Below are positions 60,617 to 64,000 of a stretch of 64,000 nucleotides of DNA, piece by piece. Origin of the DNA: Vulcanimicrobiota bacterium (GTDB taxonomy: Bacteria > Vulcanimicrobiota > Xenobia > Xenobiales > JADMJV01); the NCBI GenBank assembly GCA_050250895.1, contig JBFWNU010000001.1:128001-192000 (forward strand). The letters run 5' to 3'. The notes beneath the pieces were generated by a model. It was not told where the DNA came from. It did no database searches and was given only the letters and a program-made list of their open reading frames with translations. Position numbers and translations under genes: made by a program. How positions within the stretch are numbered: position 1 is the stretch's first letter; each line of letters opens with the position of its first letter.

Positions 60617-62188
60617 GTGAAGACCCAGATTCGAGAGCAGACCATGCAAGACAAGATCGCCCTGCTGCGTGAGAAACGCAAACAAAGCGAACTCGGTGGC
60701 GGCCAGGCCCGCATCGACGCCCAGCACAAACGCGGAAAGCTGACCGCCCTCGAGCGCTGCGAGAAGCTGTTAGACCCGGGTTCGTTTCGCCAGCTCGATC
60801 GCTTCGTAACCCACAACTGCACCGACTTTGGCATGGAGGACAAGCGCTTCCTGGGGGACGGCGTGGTCACAGGGCACGGCACCATCGACGGCCGGCTGGT
60901 CTACGTCTTTGCCCAGGATTTCACCGTGCTGGGCGGTTCGTTGGGCGACATGCACGCCCGCAAGATCTGCAAGGTGATGGACCTGGCCTTACAGAATGGC
61001 GCCCCCATCATCGGCCTCAACGACTCGGGCGGAGCCCGCATTCAAGAGGGCGTGGTAGCTCTGGGTGGCTACGCCGAAATCTTCTATCGCAATACCCTGG
61101 CCTCGGGGGTGGTGCCTCAACTGTCGGCTATTCTCGGCCCGTGTGCCGGGGGCGCCGTCTATTCTCCGGCCATCACCGACTTCATCATCATGGTGCAAGA
61201 GAAGTCGCACATGTTCATTACCGGGCCCGATGTCATCAAGACCGTCACCAACGAAGAAGTGACCTTCGAAGAGTTGGGAGGGGCCGAAACCCACGCAGGC
61301 ACTTCGGGGGTGGCTCACTTGACCGCCGAGGACGAAGACGATTGCTTCGACCAGCTCAAGCTACTGTTGTCGTTTATGCCTCAAAACAACCTCGAGCGGC
61401 CTCCGCGCAAGGCCACCAGCGACCCGGTCTCGCGCCAGAGTCCGCGCCTGGAGTCGGTCGTGCCCTCTAACCCCAACAAGCCCTACGATGTGCGCGACGT
61501 CATTACCGAAGTGGTCGACGACGGAGACTTCTTCGAAATCCACGGCGACTATGCCAAGAACATCGTGGTCGGGTTCGCTCGTCTCGACGGTGCGCCAGTG
61601 GGGGTGGTGGCCAACAATCCTCAGGTGCTGGCCGGAGTGCTCGACATCAACGCCTCGCTCAAAGGGGCCCGCTTCGTGCGTTTTTGTGACTGTTTCAACA
61701 TCCCGCTGGTGACCTTCGTGGACGTGCCTGGCTTTTTGCCCGGTGTGCAACAAGAGCACGGCGGCATCATCAAGCACGGGGCCAAGCTGCTGTATGCTTA
61801 CTGCGAGGCCACCGTGCCCAAGGTGACCGTCGTATTGCGCAAAGCCTATGGCGGGGCTTATGACGTGATGTGTTCGTCCCACATCCGGGCGGACCTCAAC
61901 CTGGGCTGGCCCACCGCCGAGATTGCCGTGATGGGCCCTCAAGGCGCCATCAACATCATCTTCCGCCACGAACTCGACCAGGCCCAGGATCCCGAGCAGC
62001 GTCGTCAGGAACTGATCGACGACTATACCGCTCGCTTCGCCTCGCCCTATGTGGCTGCCTCGCGCGGTTATCTCGACGACATCATCGAGCCGGCCCACAC
62101 CCGCACTCGCCTGATCGAAGGCCTGCGCACGCTGGAAGGCAAGAAAGTCACGACCCCCGCGCGCAAACATGGGAACATTCCCCTCTAG
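60617..62188 (+). CDS. acyl-CoA (propionyl/methylmalonyl-CoA) carboxylase/carboxyltransferase beta subunit
   Basis: [50 protein letters not shown]. Confidence 0.96.
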   Translation: MKTQIREQTMQDKIALLREKRKQSELGGGQARIDAQHKRGKLTALERCEKLLDPGSFRQLDRFVTHNCTDFGMEDKRFLGDGVVTGHGTIDGRLVYVFAQDFTVLGGSLGDMHARKICKVMDLALQNGAPIIGLNDSGGARIQEGVVALGGYAEIFYRNTLASGVVPQLSAILGPCAGGAVYSPAITDFIIMVQEKSHMFITGPDVIKTVTNEEVTFEELGGAETHAGTSGVAHLTAEDEDDCFDQLKLLLSFMPQNNLERPPRKATSDPVSRQSPRLESVVPSNPNKPYDVRDVITEVVDDGDFFEIHGDYAKNIVVGFARLDGAPVGVVANNPQVLAGVLDINASLKGARFVRFCDCFNIPLVTFVDVPGFLPGVQQEHGGIIKHGAKLLYAYCEATVPKVTVVLRKAYGGAYDVMCSSHIRADLNLGWPTAEIAVMGPQGAINIIFRHELDQAQDPEQRRQELIDDYTARFASPYVAASRGYLDDIIEPAHTRTRLIEGLRTLEGKKVTTPARKHGNIPL

Positions 62189-62204
62189 GTCGAACCCTTC
62201 ACCC

Positions 62205-62567
62205 ATGGCCGGTCCGAAAGTGCTGCTCATCGATGACGACCCGGCGGTGCTCAAGGTCACCCGTGATTCGCTCGAGATCCTCGGAACCTTCGAGGTGCAC
62301 ACCGCCAGCAACGGACAGCGCGGGCTCGAGTTAGCTCACGAGCTCGAGCCCGACTTCATCGTGTGCGATCTGATCATGCCAGTCGTCGACGGCCGGGAGG
62401 TCATTGCCAGGCTGCGGGCCGACGAGGCGACCCGTGACATTCCCATCCTGCTGCTCACCTCGGTCGGCGACGTGGCCCAGGCGCTGGGCATCGAAGGCGT
62501 CGAAGTGATGGACAAGCCGTTCGACCCCATGGAATTGGTGGCCCGCATCCAGGCAGCCACCAGGTGA
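62205..62567 (+). CDS. single-domain response regulator
   Basis: VLLIDDD, CDLIMP, LLT, KPF. Confidence 0.92.
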   Translation: MAGPKVLLIDDDPAVLKVTRDSLEILGTFEVHTASNGQRGLELAHELEPDFIVCDLIMPVVDGREVIARLRADEATRDIPILLLTSVGDVAQALGIEGVEVMDKPFDPMELVARIQAATR

Positions 62568-62636
62568 CGAAGTCTTGACGCTCCTGGTTTAGCCTGGGCC
62601 AGTGCCGCATCCCCTGCCCAAAGCTGGTGAGGCCCG

Positions 62637-63062
62637 ATGAGGATTCCCTCATGGGCTGCGGCTGATGTCCGGGCCTTTCTCGACAGCGGAAGACTGCCGG
62701 GGGGTCAGCGACAGTCGCATACCAAAGAAGTGGCCGAAGAACTCGATCAGGCCCTGGCCGGCAGCCTCGATCAGGTCCATCTGATGGACGAGTCTCCGGC
62801 CGATCTGGCCGGTGGGCAGCCTGGCCTGGTGGCCTTCAAGCGGGGCCAGTTCAAGGTTACCAGCCAGTACCAGGGCTCGGCTCAGCAGGGCTGCCTGGTG
62901 CAGTATGTCGACGCGCTCGCCCCCACTTACTTCGAGTGCCACTTCACTCCCGAGCGGGTCGACGCCATTTGGGTTGAAGATACCAGCGGCGGCCTGGTGG
63001 CTCAGGGCCTCCACCTCGACCGCCACGACCCGTCGGCTAGCTATAGCGAATTACGGGCCTGA
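62637..63062 (+). CDS. hypothetical protein
   Basis: ORF filling the gap with typical codon usage; no motif recognised. Confidence 0.55.
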   Translation: MRIPSWAAADVRAFLDSGRLPGGQRQSHTKEVAEELDQALAGSLDQVHLMDESPADLAGGQPGLVAFKRGQFKVTSQYQGSAQQGCLVQYVDALAPTYFECHFTPERVDAIWVEDTSGGLVAQGLHLDRHDPSASYSELRA

Positions 63063-63066
63063 GGCT

Positions 63067-63093
63067 GGAACTTTTCCACCTCCCCGATCGTTA
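63067..63093 (+). promoter_or_regulatory. ECF-sigma-like promoter of msrA
   Basis: GGAAC-N17-CGTTA ending 8 nt before the GTG start. Confidence 0.5.
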
Positions 63094-63101
63094 TTAGCAG
63101 C

Positions 63102-63887
63102 GTGAACCAGACTTACTTCCGCCTGCTCGCCCTCTCGCTCTTTCTGATGGGCGTGGTGGCGGCCGGTTGGCGGGTGGCCGCCCGCGACCAGTGCTCGACC
63201 GGCACCTGCAAAGCTCCCCGCAGTCTGACCGGCGCGTTTAGCCTGGACGGCAGGCCTGCCATCGATGAAGACCCGCCCGCCAACTACCAGACTGCCACCT
63301 TCGCCATGGGCTGCTTCTGGGGCACCGAGGCCCGCTTTGGAGCCATTCCCGGAGTCATCCGGACCCGGGTGGGCTTCGGTGGAGGCACCAGCGCCAACCC
63401 GACCTACGCCAGCATCGGCGACCACGCCGAGGTGGTGCAACTCGACTTCGACCCCAACCAGATCACCTACGAGCAGCTGTTGGAGGCCTACTGGCAGGGG
63501 GTGGCGCCCACCGAAAAGCCGGGCTGGCGTCAGTACAGCAACGCCATTCTGTATCACGACCAGGGCCAGCAGCGGGCCGCGCTGGCCAGCCGGATAGCGC
63601 TCGAGCAAAAACTAGGAGCCAAAGTGACCACGGCCGTGGTGCCGGTTAACTTCACTCTAGCTGAAGACTATCACCAGAAATACTACCTGCGTCAGACTCC
63701 TCAGGTGGCCAGCGAATTCCTCAAGCTCTACCCCGCTCTCGGGGACTTTATCGACTCGACGGCCGCGGCCAGAATCAACGCCTATCTCGGTGGCTATGGC
63801 AGCCAGCAGCAATTCGAGCAGGATCTTCCCCGACTGGGTCTGTCCGAGGCGGCCCGCGAGAGTCTGCGCCGCTGGCACGACGGCTAG
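63102..63887 (+). CDS. msrA: peptide methionine sulfoxide reductase A with N-terminal signal/TM
   Basis: GCFWG, HAEVVQ, AEDYHQKY. Confidence 0.95.
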   Translation: MNQTYFRLLALSLFLMGVVAAGWRVAARDQCSTGTCKAPRSLTGAFSLDGRPAIDEDPPANYQTATFAMGCFWGTEARFGAIPGVIRTRVGFGGGTSANPTYASIGDHAEVVQLDFDPNQITYEQLLEAYWQGVAPTEKPGWRQYSNAILYHDQGQQRAALASRIALEQKLGAKVTTAVVPVNFTLAEDYHQKYYLRQTPQVASEFLKLYPALGDFIDSTAAARINAYLGGYGSQQQFEQDLPRLGLSEAARESLRRWHDG

Positions 63888-63925
63888 CCGGAATAGCCCA
63901 CGCCCCCTTCGCGACAGAGAGGGTC

Positions 63926-64000
63926 ATGTTCAACCTCCCCCAACCCGACGGCCTGCAGGCCACGCTGATGCTGCTCGAATCGATCCACCCCTTCGTTGCC
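63926..64000 (+). CDS. start of a hypothetical protein (3' truncated)
   Basis: AGAGGG then ATG; frame open to the window end (MFNLPQPDGLQ...). Confidence 0.45.
   Translation, partial: MFNLPQPDGLQATLMLLESIHPFVA

Overview
GC-rich bacterial chromosomal window that is densely coding and mostly housekeeping. I found no rRNA, tRNA, CRISPR array, transposase or integrase. From left to right it contains: motA(partial)-motB-fliP; an AI-2E transporter; a minor type IV pilin/PilC cluster followed by a PAS hybrid kinase and a Ser/Thr kinase; an SGNH hydrolase; rapZ-yvcK; an M16 peptidase; a YcaQ-like glycosylase; thpR-recA-recX; a class III aminotransferase; a tandem-PilZ protein; trpD; an unusual 862-aa multidomain protein paired with a lethal-factor-like HExxH protease; adk; metH flanked by unknown helical-repeat proteins; a Rex-box-controlled caa3-type cytochrome c oxidase operon; rtcA; a MerR-HTH/Crp fusion with a ferredoxin; an acyl-CoA carboxylase beta subunit; and msrA. 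The gene set and regulatory motifs (Rex box, Bacillus-type LexA box, SigH-like promoters) suggest a Terrabacteria lineage, possibly Ca. Eremiobacterota, but this is inference only. Five unexplained signals stand out. (i) Intergenic tandem arrays (130 bp and 72 bp) and a dispersed copy are built from C-GNA-G triloop hairpins, which are especially stable in ssDNA. (ii) A putative effector pair at 30.4-34.0 kb has no signal peptides. (iii) A recurring AGG-N17-(C/A)(G/A)AA promoter-like motif sits 8-9 nt before many start codons. (iv) An unnamed ~120-aa helical module family is translationally coupled to metH. (v) The oxidase operon has a non-contiguous architecture. All family assignments come from motif recognition by eye, not from database searches.
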